This document shows, in pieces, positions 37,052 to 51,866 of a DNA stretch of 64,000 bases; the stretch's first letter is position 1; the number at the start of each line of letters is the position of its first letter. Both the position numbers and the translations under genes were made by a program. Below the pieces are notes generated by a model. The model was not told the origin of the DNA, did not search any database, and saw nothing but the letters and a program-made list of their open reading frames with translations. Origin of the DNA: Trichoplax adhaerens. Taxonomy: Eukaryota; Animalia; Placozoa. The stretch covers positions 1,981,836 through 2,045,835 of the forward strand of contig NW_002060949.1 of the NCBI RefSeq assembly GCF_000150275.1, given 5' to 3'.

Positions 37052-40000
37052 TTACTTTCGTCGCGTCCTGCGAAATCCACCTGTACTTTTCTTTTTTTCC
37101 TTCGGCAGTATATCAGCAGCAGAACGACGCAGCTTCTTTCTTTCCTTCCGATGCTGTCGCTGTTGTTCTTGATTCTTTAAGAAATTTCGGCTCTGTTTAC
37201 GTGAAGTTAATAAATAATTGCAAGAGTCATAAATTGAAACAGATGTTGTAAAACGCAACTTCCATAATGGCAGCGTAAAACTCCTCAAACGGTACTAAAT
37301 TCTATGAGAAAACCTTTACGTCGAGATTTTAGTAGAAAATTTCGCAGCTTAATTATGTGTCGTGATTAATTTACGATGCTTACCTTTTGTAACATGAATG
37401 TCATCTGTTTTGTACCGCCTGAGCTGATGTGCTGTTCTACATTAGCAGGTTCTTCTAACATGACGCGCTGCCCTAAGGACATTCTATTATGGAAGATGAT
37501 AACAAATTTAGTATCGCAAACAAATCTACGCGAGAAACTGAAATCAATTAAAAAAGCTCTACGCACTTAGACTCCTTTTTAGATTTCACATTTCCAAGAT
37601 TTAAACTTGTTACTTTTGGATCGCTCTGTAATTCATACATCGCAGGAGCTTTGTTCCGGCGTGAATTATTATCCTTTCTACCGTCAGGTGTATTACCTCT
37701 ATGTTTGCCGTCTGAATCCGAATCAGATTCACTCTCTTCTTTACTACTGGAGCTGCTTTCAATTTCATGATCCTGTTAATAAGAGCATACATAAACTATT
37801 GACACACCCTTATCAGCTAGAGTACTGTAGGTAGTGTTAGGAAAGAATGAAAAGAATTTAAGATACTCGTATCTATGGCTTACATCTACTTGCGTAAATT
37901 CTTCAAGGAATGTTTTTTGTTGAGAAGCCGCCGCTCGTTCTTCTCTGTCATGTTGCTCGTATTTGGATATTACGGGATGTAAACGTTTATAATCCTATTC
38001 AAAAATAAGAATTATAATAACTGAAAACTCACAACTGTTTAACTACTTAATTACTAAGTGTCAGTGCTAACTTCGTTTTCTTCATCTATTTGGAAATCAG
38101 TATCAGTGAACATTTTCTTAAAGCGATCGTCTCCGAGAGGATTCTTCTTTTTAACGCTCTAATAGGCAACAGAAAGAATAAATATCATGTATTGCCAGAT
38201 TGCAATGATAACTATGTCAAAGTAAGCTAACAGAAACCTCTACTTCAGATTTTTTCGTCATTATTCTCTCTGCTAGTTGTCTATTGACTGACGGAAGCTA
38301 AAAGTAGTCATACAATTTTAATTACTAGCATGATTAAAAATTTCAAAGTTTTTACCACTGTGACAGCGAATATTGCTGTCAAGAGTGACATTTTTAGTTC
38401 GTAATGATTACAATGTATAAAGTGCTTTAACAACCTCATTCTTTTTGAAGGCTCTGCTTTCACGCTCTTTGTCCAATTGCTGATTAATTCGTTGCTTACG
38501 ATATTCATTGAAAGCAAAAGGTTCAATTATAGCTTTTGCCTAGTTAAATGGAATTGAAGATGTCACATATATTTGCTGTCATATAGGAGAAAGTACGTGT
38601 GTTTGGATAATTCTAATTGAATTATACTGAAAGTCAATAAAATTTCATACGAACTCTGTGGTATAGTCTAATATCGATAAAAAAGCCATGCATATACGCT
38701 CGTAATAAATTAGTTCCAATTAAATGTGAAAGTCCTAACGGTAATATAAATCATAAAATACAGTATAAGGAGAACAGCATCGTAAGTATACGTTAATAAT
38801 TAAAAAATTTTAAACGGTAAAATCTTGAAAATGTAAAAATTACCTAAGGATTCTAAATCTTGAACTGTAACAAACTTGTAATCTTCATAGACTATTTATA
38901 AATTAAAAAAAGTATGATAGGATTTTCTTTATAAAAATTTCATTGTTTATCCTTGTTAATACAATAAATGTTATCAAACCAGTAGGTTGCTGATCTTCTT
39001 CTAACTCTTCCGTTAAATTATCAAGGAATCCACACCAACGAGGAGCTGGACCTAATTCCTAAAATTTTTGATGGTTTTTATGATAAAATTTAAATACAAC
39101 TAGAAAATTCATGCCATAGTATCTCATTTAGTGCAGGCAAGTATAAGCAACTAACCGGAATATAGTATACTAGCATATTTGGTGCTTCTGTAGCGAAGAA
39201 TAATAAACCTAAATTTAAAAGAATAAGGTTACGGAGCTCAGGTGATTTTACTGGGTTAAATTAAATTTACTATGAGTTTATATAAAAAGACTACTGCTTT
39301 CCAATTTACGAATAGAATATCACCTGAATTTGGATATGTACATAAACTGTTAATATCTGTTTCTGGCTGTATGTAAGTAAATAGTTTACCCTGATGGAGA
39401 AAAAGCCTTGGATTATCATCTGTCCTCTTGTCATGAACGACAAAATTACATGAAAGTATAATCAATGTACTAGTTGTTAAATTTTTACATCCAACATACC
39501 GTTTGCCTCTGCCAAATTTTCATAATTTTTGAATCAGCGGAAAGTACATAATCTTGGTCATGGTTAAACTCTAGACTTTTGATTGGTTCTCCATATTCAT
39601 GATCTTTTGTGACATACGGTCTTTGATTTCTTATATCATATACTAATACCTGTAATCATAATATATGATTTGTAAATCCGTCGACAACGTAAAGATACTG
39701 TACTATGATTAAGGTCTTCTTAGTTAAGTATCCTAATAATTTAAATTCATACAATAAATACCTTGCCAGTGCTAGTTCCAAGGGCTAAATTTAAGCCGTC
39801 TCGATACTTGACGGCAGTTATTTCGTGATGCCTATAAATAAGACGCCCAGTTAAAAAACTTTCCAGTTACAAATGAAGTACTGGGTATACTGAGGAAGGT
39901 GAAAGCTCAATTTGTTCTCTTCACGTTACGTACCCATCGGCGGAAAGATTGGTATCAAGAAGTCCTTCTCGATTCCTGCTGCGTGGATCCCAAACTTCGA

Positions 40001-42022
40001 CAGTCCCCTTTCATAAGATATAAGCGTATGTGAGATGTAATTTTCATAACACACATAATTAATCTTTTAGTCTATATTCTTACATCTTCTGTTCCAATAG
40101 TGAGAAACTGATGTTCGGGGTTAATTTGACAACAATTTGTGGCCCTTTTTAAATTAAGAAAATTTAAGCTATACTATTAAAGTAAAATTTCGAAATTTAA
40201 AAAGGTTCAATCATATCGTATTAAGGTAGGGATATGAAATGCTAACAGTAAAAATAACTTTACGCCTATTGCTAAAATACTGATTCCTATAAGTAATTTA
40301 TAAACCTCGAGTTTGTTTTAAGAGGAGCCATGAATCGACCAAGTTCTAAATTTAATCTATATATTTCGTTGCTATAGCGAAAAAGTTACACGAAAGTTTA
40401 GTATCTCAATTTATCGTAACTAGATATTTAATATATTGGCCTCTTATATAGTGCTTTTTATGGTGTACTTATATTTACCTGACTCCTACAATATAGAGAT
40501 CGCAAGATGGATAATGGTATGCCATATCTCGGCCAAAACATGGTATACGGCATTGGTAATGGGATCCACCCTTATGATACATAACAATACCACAATTAAC
40601 AGAAAATTAATTTCTATTTGCTTATGTATATGTAGTAATATGAGTCACTATAAGGGTAGGTTACCTTATTATGGAATTCAATATAGCGGTCATCGTGCAT
40701 AAATATCATCTATAAGACACATCAAAAAATAGGACACGAGGCATTTCGTTATAGACTTCAAATTTATAATACGGCCATTTGTTTTATAGCTTTTGTTAAA
40801 TATATTATCTTAGGTTATTAGAGGAATAACCTATGGTGAATCTGGGTATTTCTAGCAATGCTATATTACAGCCCTACCTTTGTATAGTCATCATTGAGTA
40901 GGTCAAATTGGATTACTAAATTAATAAAGATTAAAATTATAACTGGATTGAGAAAGGGATGGCAATAGGCGACCCAATTTGTTAGAATTTTATATAAGAC
41001 AGTAAGGCAAATATTTAAGTAAAATCATTCATTAAGCAATTATTTAGTGGTAGAGAAGATGGGTTACAACTAAAGAATATCGATCTTTATTCAGGCTTGA
41101 TTACCTTGGGAATTCATACAACGTTCAAATTTTAAAGATAATTGTGAAACATCGTAGCAACGGACCCGTGGTTGGTAAGTACCTACAAAATTAAATTTGA
41201 TTACACAACTGTAGATCTACAACAGTATATATACTCACTAATAAATGCAGCGGTTGTACCTGTAGCCAAAATGTACTGGCCATCTCGTGATACTTTGATT
41301 CGATGGGAAACACCAGGCATTGTAAAGTCTTGAATTAATTCAATACGACGTTGCAAATCTACAGTACGCAATCATATGCATGACAGGATTAAATAATCGA
41401 GCAGGGTAAGAACACTACTATGCATATACAGCATCGATGGCATGAAAGTCAACAGTAGAGTAAATAATGTGAATTAATAAACCACGAGTCGTATACAGTA
41501 GTTGTACACTACTTGTAGTCTATATTATTTCCCTTCATTACTGCAGTAAGTTAGTGACATCATTTCACATGACTATAGCAGCCATATCGTCCATTTCCGT
41601 AGCAACAAATGACTTACCGATATCTCTTTTAACAAGAGAGCGTCTTCTCCTTTCAGATAGCCACTGCAGTAGAGAGCAGAAAGTTAGAATAGATTAAAAA
41701 ATAAGCCCAACCCTATACTGTACACCAATGTATCGTGGATCGTTATGATCAGAAAGAGTACAGTAAACGATGAAGTCTTTATATAATTCTACAATAAGCA
41801 TGATTACAAGTCTATAGTACATTAATTTCCATTTAATGATCTATCCAATAAAGGTAAAATCCAAGGTGAATTGTTCCAAGAATAGTTAATCTCATGCAAA
41901 ATGATGGTCTAGCAGAGTTCATGGCAGCTGCAATGGCTGCTGAAATGAGCACTTACTTCAGGTAGAGATTTGCCAGCACTTAAATTATAGATCTTGATAT
42001 CATTAGGAGCTGAGACCTGCAT
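37052..42022 (-). CDS. NOL10: Nucleolar protein 10 (Enp2 homolog), multi-exon
   Basis: Exon 42022-41957 encodes [22 protein letters not shown] and exon 41663-41618 encodes [15 protein letters not shown]. Later exons give [60 protein letters not shown] and [17 protein letters not shown]. The basic tail ends ...RRTRRK* at 37052. Confidence 0.95.
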
Positions 42023-43728
42023 TGCTACTTGTTAAGCTCTAGCTAAGGATCTTTCAAAGTTGCAGTGCAGTTACACTGCTAGTGATTCAATAAAGCAAAG
42101 GAAAATAGGACAGTGGAGGAAAAGAGCTCGCTCAAAGCGATTTCCAATAGAAGATTGAATGATTTAATAGCTGACGGCTAGAATTTTGTTATTAATTGAT
42201 AGCTGGAGTATTGCACGTGAGTATGATTTGAGTAGTGGGGCCTTTGGCGTTAGCATCGGTTTGACTAGTGTGCTTACAAGCTGGCATTTCTTTCTACCGT
42301 CTATTACCATATCAGCAGTATGATTTGAGTACCAACACTGTGAAAGTGTTCCTTCAATATGTTGTTGGAAATCGCGGTAGAAAGTGATACTAAACTATAG
42401 AATAAGAGTGTAAAAAGATTTACTTGTATAGAAAGAAAAGCTTTACTCTCCACTTCACTGCCTCTACTGAGCTTGGAAATTGTGGCAGAAACTGATATTA
42501 AGCGTTGGAGAATTCAGAGTGTATCAGTATAAACTGTAGAGCTATAAACAAAAAACTGGAATCAGCAGTCTGGTATAAATCAATGTATACACATGCAAAA
42601 CACTATGGTAAAACGACTTCTAGATTCTATCGCTTGTTACTGTCTGAGGATTGTGATTGGGAGTACTAACACTACGAAAGTATTACTCTAGTCTCAGTAT
42701 CTCAGCCATAAGTTAGCTGAGATACTAGAGAATAGAGATTAGAGAAGAACAAAGTTTGCCGGCAGAAACATGGATTACTAGTATCACTAGATAGATGTAC
42801 ATTGAATTTAAACTGGCATATTTTCTAGTACACGGTAGTCCATGTTTTCAACGATGGAGTTAACAACAGCGTAGCACATTCATTTCTACTTACAGACAGA
42901 ACGGACTGACAGACTTGCAGTCCTGCCAGTCCATGCAAGTTGATGACCTCTGAATTGGTAGTAACGATAGTATACTGCTCTGTACGCTCGAAATGGTCGT
43001 AAGTATTCGTATGCTAGGCCTGATAACCATCATTAGTCTCCGATACAGTCGATCAACTTCTCTATACAGTACTATATTTGCTGCCTAGGTATATTGGAGA
43101 GTCAAAGGTAAACTAACCTGGAGTGTTGCAGTTCTTGGGAAGACCTCAAGAAAGCTTTTGTTTTCTTCTTGCGACTTCATCATGAATTAATTCAGCGATC
43201 TTCCCCCCATCTGTTGCCTATACCTATCTGATTTCGACGCAATTTGCACACCGCTAAACGCTTCTTCTAGCTGTCAATGCGCCCATAAATGCTGCATGTA
43301 CGGAGTACTGGCATACATTGATGCTAACCGGTGCAAGTCACCCTTCGTGGCGGGTCATTTCTTCTTCACTGCTTCTTCTCCACTCATTGATTTATTTTCA
43401 TTCGAAGCCATTTTTTCGCTAGCACCAAATAGATTTTGACTGCTAATACAAGATTATTACTTGCTATCTGAATTTTTTCAAAGAAAAAATATTCAAAATT
43501 AGCTCTTGGATAAAATTTGAATGATTTGTTTTTGCCTATCGTTGCAGTAACCAGTAGAATTGTAATAGTGTGATAGTTTGACCAGACCAAATAATGTTAG
43601 TGTCATGGACCTCTCTATCCATAACTGAATTGCATTTTGAAATTGTAAAATTACCTAGAGGAAAAGCTCATAATTAGTACACAGGTAGTATTTCAACCTT
43701 GGAGTTTCCTCTCTAATTTTATAACATC

Positions 43729-46700
43729 ATGAATGATCAAGACATTGGCGATATAAACTCAGTCCTTCGGTATTTATCCGGCCAAATTTCATTCAATGAA
43801 TGGTCACAAAGTGGTGCACTTCCATTACTACTGGATGGCCATATCCCTCCTACCGAGTCAGATACAGAAGCTCTTACAGAAGACGAAGGTGCATCGAGTG
43901 ATAATATTGATGAAGCTGATGATATATCTAATGCATCTGAAGGTAAGTGATAATTTCTAAGTAATTTATCAAACTGTGGTCATAAATTTTTCTAGTATTG
44001 AGATCATCAGGAACAACTAGTCCACCATGATTATATTATATTAATTATGCACTTATTAGTCAGTAATTTTAATAATACTTATATTTTATAATGGTAAGAG
44101 TCTAGCTTGAATCAAATCAAGCGATAAAACTCCAAGTTTTTACCTTTATGATGTATCTAATGCAATCACAAATCTACAAGAGTCATTAACTTTAAAATAC
44201 GATGTTATAGTGTTTACAAGATGTCACAGTAGAAGGATCAGTAAATCTTCCTGGAAACCCGCGTTTATTCCAATGTTGTAGCTGTCGTGTTGAAGTAAAA
44301 ATAATAAATTCCTTTCTGTAATAACTTACTTTAGATACCGACGAAGAACCTTTACTACCGATGGCAATATCAGAAGATGATGAAGATAATTACGATGAAA
44401 CAGATGACGAAGAGATAAATTTTGATAACATTGGCGACGTTGGCAACCTTCAAGACCAAAATTTACATAGAAATATTGAACCTCAATTAGGTACGTTGAA
44501 AATTGAAGGCACTTAAAGTAGCATTTGCATGTATTTATGACTAATGTTACTACAGTAATTGTCGATTACAACTGTGACGAGGATGTATCACTTGAGAACT
44601 GAAATGATAGTCATACGTAAAATGTAAATCAAGAACAAACTATACGAGCATGGTTATTAGATCATCGCACTCGGAAAAGGTAGATTTTGTGTCAAATTAT
44701 TTCATTGATATTCAACTTGTAGGCAGTATGGGTCATGCAGGCAATGAAATACCTAATAGTGAAGGGATGGAATCTATTCAAAATTTGAAAGTAGGCAAAG
44801 GAAATCAAAATCAAGCTACTAGTTCTAAAATATATCAAAATAGTAAGTTACTCTAAACATGTCGTTAAATATTATTGCAACTACATAACTGAACTATGCT
44901 AATTATCAGTACACTGACAGCTACTGTAACTAAAGGGTTCTTAAATTTTTCATACATTATAGCATAGTACTATAATTGAGATTATAACCTAATAAAATGC
45001 GGCTGTCGTCATTTTTCATGCTTGACTGATTTCTTTGCGTATCGTACTTTAAAGGGAAATACGCCCGAATGATGAATATTGGATCATATATTATATTATA
45101 TTAAAATAATGTTATAACCTTTATGAAAATGACAATAGAGGAGTTATTAATGATGGTAGTTCTGCAGATAATAAATACGATTTGCCTCCCTAACTAGATT
45201 GCGCTGCAGATTTCACACTCTAGTTCTGTACAGCGATGTTATTTTCTGCTTGACTAGTAGCTGTATAATCAATATTATTGATTTAGAATTTCTTATTAGC
45301 TTTTTTGAGGTACATTCTAAGGTTTACTTTATTTTAATATTTTGTCCATTTCATGACCAATTGTGAAGAAGAACAACAAGTTAAAAAGAAACGCGGAGTA
45401 AGGAAAGCATTTAAATGATATTTTAAGTCGTTTAAAGATGATAATTATTAGAATGCTAGAAAGCACGTATCAGTCTTCTCTGTCATTCCACGTATGCTCC
45501 CAAATGTATTAATTGAAAAGTAATAGAATTACCTGATTTACATCTAATGTACGTCCATTTGCTACTTTAAACGTAGCCATATCGAAAGCGAAATCGTGTT
45601 CCTGATTATTTAACTGGATTGATGGGAGAAGCTAATTTATGCCTTGCGCGTGGAAATTTAACGGAAGCTGAGAAAATGTGTAAGGAAATCATACGACAAG
45701 GTGTGTTAAAATATTATCATAAAGACATCTCAATTGGAATTACTAGTTTGATGGACACGTAGTTACTTTCAAGTTCTAGCTATTAATAGCAAAGTTCGAA
45801 TATGTATTCCATTTGTTGCCTAGTCTTAAAAATGATTTTGGAATTGCTAATGTACTTTAACTTTTATTTCAGCACCTCATGCTTCTGATCCATATGAAAC
45901 ATTAGCTATGATTTATGAAGAAAACGGAGATGAAGAGAAAGTGGTTCAAGTAAGTCAAAAACTAAAAAAGTTCACTTCATTGCGCGGTATACGTCAATCA
46001 CTTGCAATTATACCTTAACTTTGGTGGTAAAATAAAATTATTATTCACCTTACTACCAAATCATGCTGCTTCTACCTAATAATCAACTTACAAAATATCC
46101 ATATTCTATCTTGTATGTACGCATGAAAACAGTTGCAGTTAATTGCTGCTTATTTAAATCGCCGTGACGCTTCCCAGTGGGTACATTTGGCTCAAATGTC
46201 ATTGGAACAAGACAATAAGAAACAAGCGTTATGGTGTTATAACATGGGTATGTCTCCATATTTGGCAAATAAATAATTATAATATTTCATCTCCGATTTC
46301 ATAATTTGTTTTCATAAGGGTCTTGTGTAATTATCAACATATTTTAGTTTGTAAAATTTTAGAACCCTTTCATGTTTACTTTTATTTATCTATACAGCTG
46401 TGAAAGCTGACCATGGAAATATACAAATTTTAAATGAGAGAGCAAGATTATGCATTCAAATGGACAATATTAAAGGGGCAGCGGAAACTTTTGAGATGAT
46501 ATTAAGAGTACGACACTTTATCATACTTAAATAATTTCGTTTTAATAAAAGTATCTTAACGTAATTGACAGTATTAGCAATAGTTGATATTAAATTCTTG
46601 GAATTAAATTACAATAGTAATAATATTATCGTTACGCTATCATTTTTCTAAATTATAGATACTGAAAACTCATCAAGGAATGGATTATTTTGATTATTCA

Positions 46701-49700
46701 AAACAAATAGCTAAGGTAATTGTTACTAACGTTATAAACATAAGTTCTTTGAAGCTTGATAACCCCTTCAAGATTTTGATACTGTTATTGATTTGATAAA
46801 TGATTTGATAATTAAATAATTATTGATCTTGCTTAAGCTACATCATTCAAAAAAGCGAACTGAAAAATCTATTGAAGTTTTAGAAAGGGCCTTTAGGATA
46901 CATCCCGAAGCAAGTCATCCAGAAGGTATGCATACTTCAATTTAGTAGTTTAACTGTCTCCCTACTACTATCATCTGAACTTGATATTAAATTTGTTGCA
47001 GCTATTAACATGTTGGCTGAGTTGTATGTTGTCAAGAAAGAATATAAATCTGCTTTAGAGGTACTGCCTTATCTCATTATTTATTCCATGTATTTAAATA
47101 TATCTGTATTACGAAAAATTATGTTCCATGTCATAACGAAATATATAGTTCATATCAGTAATACATCTTCTCCTTACATATTAACGATGAAGCTAAATTT
47201 ATAATGGTTGTAATAATCTCGAAATTTTACAGCTCATCTGCTGCAATTGTGGATTTGAGTCACCATTTACATTGCTGTTAAGGGACTCGCAAGAGATTAA
47301 TCGCCCGGATGCTGATAACTATAATAGTAGTATTAAAGAACCGCGTAAGTAGATGAAGTTGCGATTGCGATAGTAACTAATTGTATTAGATTAGTATTTA
47401 CTATGATAGTCATAATTATTTACCGATGGCTAACAACAGAGGAAATTTCCTTTATGACAAGAAATAGCTAAACGTTATAAACCGCTAGCTATCGTTAAAT
47501 AACTATTTGGTGAGTGTATTAATAATGAATTAGTGTATTCAATAATTTTCGATATTACTCTACAGAAGGCGATCGTGGACTTTCCATTTTGGGTGAAGCG
47601 GTACGCATTGCTATCGGAATTGACGAATATAGTGGATCTAATAGTGAGATTATAACACCAAATACAAGTGACAATTCAAGGCTGGTTTCGCAGTGGAAAA
47701 TACCTAATTCATTGCCTATCGATTTAAGGATAAAAGCTGCAGTCTGTTTACTTTATTTAGATCAATCGCAATTCGCAGAGGTTAGAAATAAATGTTAAAT
47801 TATCGTCTCTTATTAATGTCGAAGATGTTATTGGATATTAAAAGTTCGAACTTTTAATTTAACAATAAAAAGAAAATACTGCAACCTCTGTATCTTGAAA
47901 GTATTGAAGAAGTTGGCGATTTATATCTCGATATTGCTGATGCTTATTATGAAACAGGTACGATGATTAGAAATAGTGTAAGTGTAACACCGTTGAGTTT
48001 CAGTTTTTATTAGTAAATGTTGTACAGTAGAATAACAGCTCTAAATGTGTTTCTTGTAAGCTCTGACATACTGTACGGACAGCATGTAATATCATGTAAA
48101 TCAATATTCAATTAACAAATGCGCAATAGTAATAATTACATTCAAGATAATGTATAGAAGTTATTTCCTGAAAAACTCATTAGGTTTCTTTTCATTACCT
48201 CATAGGAAATTATATTTCTGCAATGCATCTTTATGAGACCCTTGTAGGAACAGAACAGTATAACGCCGTAAGTTAAACTGGTTTATGTAATCCGTGTACC
48301 TTTGATCGATTTCTATACCTTATTGTGCTAAATTTTTTTAGCCTGCAGTTTGGTTAAGCCTGGGCAAGTGTCAGATTGCTCTTAATCAACTCGAAAATGC
48401 TGTGGAATCGTATTCACGTGTTGTAGGAATGGCTCCAGAACATTCAGGTCCTCGCTCTACATTGGCTTCATTATACCAGCAACTGGGTCAACCACAAATG
48501 GCATTACAAGTCTTAACCGGTGATGCTTTACTTTTCAGACTGTTTTGCGGTTGCATAGAACACTACTATACCAAAAGCTTAGTATTAAGTATTGATTAAA
48601 AATATTTTATTTAGAACGCAGCACTGGCGATGAAAATTTCCATAAACAATCTGATAGTGCTGAAATTAAACTGGTATGCGGCGAGTAATAATATTCATGA
48701 GATGTTACCTCTTCAAGTATCGGCTTGAATGTCTTTACCACCACTATGATTTCATGACAGCTATTGATTTGATTTCAATCTTTTTCAAGGATCTTAGTTT
48801 GTTAGTTCAAAAGTGCAATTTACTATCATCGCAGAATAATTTGGATGAATTTGCAGAATGTGGACTTTCAGTGATGGCTTTTTATCTGCGAGAGTCATTT
48901 GGTCAGCTTAGTAAGTATACGTTATGTCAAGTACGAATGACAAAGAATAATACGGTACAAATGCTAATCTGCTTTGAAATGCTAACTTACATATATTCTG
49001 GAACAGATAAAATGGAAGAGATTAATTCTCATAGAACCGAAATTGCCTCTAGAATAGGTATTTATGCCTTGCAGATTGAATAACTTTGATTCTGATATAT
49101 GTTGATAATACGATATTACGATTAAGACGAAGTATTCATCCATCAATATATCCTATTTTACTGTATTTTAGCTAATATTGTAGGTGATGAAGCCATAATG
49201 ACTAATGATGAATGGTGGGCACTTTTTTTAAAGGTCTGAATGAGGATCGTGTATCGTTTTAAAATGCTCCGTAACATCTCGCGTATTTAGAAGTAGTGAA
49301 AAAATTCTTATCAGTAGCAGTGAAAGCTTTCACTGGACAGTGTCTTTAATTTAGTAAATTTTTCAAAATATTTTACTGTTTCTGCAGGTTTGCCTTGCTC
49401 TAGACAAAACGCATCGTTATGCCGATTTGCTCCATATAGTACGAGCAGCTAAGTCATCACAGCAATTTATTAACATTAGTGATAAAAAGGAGAAGCAAAC
49501 TGTAATCATTAATTAATTGCAACTGTAAAAATTTTACAGTTGGCAACTTTGCTCTTTTACGGTTTATTGCTGGATAATTGTTTGTATTCTAATATTATCT
49601 AACATTTTTTAGGATCTATCTATGTTATGTGCTTCAGCAAGTTATTTAAATAGTGAATATGATACTGCGTATCTATACATCAAACCTATTTGTATTGAGG

Positions 49701-51004
49701 TAAGGCACAACCCTCAATTTTTAATTATATGATATTATCTGCAGCTATTGTTCTTGATCTGGTAAAATGAAACTGGTACTTATGGGTTAGTGAATATAGT
49801 GCCTCCAATTAAAAATATGTTCTTAAATATATTACCTTCGATTCAGAACTCAAACAGTATGGCAATTTGGTATCTTTTTAACAATATTGTATTGAAATTG
49901 CGAGATATTCGACACATTCGCTTTTGTAATCGCTTATTCGCGAAGGTATGTCAAATTTTATTCCCTTCGCTAACTATAATTAGGGTGTTCTATTTCTATT
50001 TTTGTTTGTGACTAGTGCTTTCAACGGTTATACTATTTTTGGGATTTTCTGATGCACTTAGAATTCATCCAGTATCCCTTTGTGTATTTTAAATGGACAT
50101 AACAGTGTGGTATCGGGAAGCTATAAATTTGCCCTGGGTAATGCATTGTTAGTGCTTAAATATATTGAATGCCGTATCTAGAATGTCACATTTTTGAACT
50201 TGAGTCGTACTATAGCATGTATGGTTACTAGATCTTCATTGTTATTGATGTGAATTAATTCGGCTTTTAAATTGTCGTTTCAGCTGATTACGTATTTGCC
50301 TTTTGTCAAATGCCTGATCAGCCCTTGTTGGCTTTATGCATTGCAAATACGTATTTACACATGGCGACACAAAGAACAACTGCTAATAAAAATTACTGTA
50401 TTCTTCAGGTATAATCGGCCATGGTCATAATTTATTTTATTTCGTAAACTTTTATTGAGACTTGATGTACGAATCGCAATGTTTATAATTAACTATTGTT
50501 ACTAGGGTATAGCTTTTTTATATCTTTATAAAAACCAAAGAGGCTCATGTCAGGAAGCTTACTATAATGTTGGTAGGGCTTATCATCAATTAGGTAATCA
50601 ATATACGGCTTTTGCATTGATTATTGTAAATGATTGAAGTCGATATTTAGATAAAAATGAAAATTTAAAGTCTGAACCTTCGCTCTGTTCTTAGGTTTAT
50701 TTCATTTGGCGGTTCATTATTACCGAAAAGCTTTACTTACTCCAATAAGTCGTAAAAATTTTATTGAAAAAAATCAAAGCGATGTAAGGCCGTTTGCATA
50801 ACTTCACAGAATCCGATTTTACATTAATTCAGGGATTCACTATTCATTACAACTTTAATAGCTTTTACTGTTTTCAAAATTTTTAAGGTGTTAAAAAAGT
50901 ACGATTTATCCCGTGAAGCCGCCTATAATTTATCCTTAATTTATCGTAACAGTGGATCCGAAGATTTAGCGCGACACATTTTGTATACATATTGTTCTAT
51001 CTAG
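43729..51004 (+). CDS. GTF3C3: General transcription factor IIIC subunit 3 (TFIIIC102/Tfc4), TPR protein, multi-exon
   Basis: N-terminal LRYLSGQISFNEW and an acidic region. Conserved segments include LTGLMGEANLCLARG...MCKEIIRQ/APHASDPYETLAMIYEE, LPIDLRIKAAVCL, GDLYLDIADAY and QEAYYNVGRAYHQLG. The C-terminus is DLSREAAYNLSLIYRNSGSEDLARHILYTYCSI*, with the stop at 51002-51004. Confidence 0.93.
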
Positions 51005-51866
51005 CTTTAATACAGCAAAATTTATGCTAATATGAACTTACGCATACTGTACATTAGATATCCCATACTAGCATCAAGTGAAAAAGAACTTTTCGTAAGA
51101 AAATTATCTTACGAACGATATTACTAGCACTAAATGCAAGCTCTCTTTCTTAATTTATACGCACATGTATATGCGTTCATGAATTACCTCTTAACTTATA
51201 ATTGAAATAACATTGTATATATTTGAATTCTTTAGCAGCAAATTGGATGTACAGGTTTGAGAAAGAAATTACTATGAATACGTTACTAAAGATTCTTGTA
51301 TATAAAATATTACAGTAAATTACTTCTTTGATGACGTTAAGATGACGTTAAGGTTGTGATTTAACTATTTATACGAAGATGAGTCGCATGCCTCTCTATG
51401 CATGTTTAATGTGTTATTAGCTTTGTCTGTACCATGCTTACTGTAAGTTTATTTTTTTCTTTAATGCAAATCTGCTGCTCTTACTAACTTAAGTGTATTA
51501 GTAATAAACAAAATCTATTTTTATTGTATATAAGAATATTAGAAATATTATTAAAGATTCACCCTGTAATCAATTATAGCTAGCACGAAATGTTGGTTGA
51601 CTTCACTGGAAGTACGATTAAGTACTGTTTAAACTTACATATATTTTAGAATGTGAGATCGCATGTTGAATTGGTAAAACAATTAGGCAACAGATATGTC
51701 CTTAAACACAATTTATAAGGTCAGTTGATCAAACTACTCGCGCTTATAATTTTTTAATAAATCTTTTAAATGCATGCTTCGATTTATCAAACATAGCTGT
51801 CATCTCAATATCAGCTTCAGTGCAATATATGAATCACTTCACGTTAATAACTAGCAATACTGCAAG

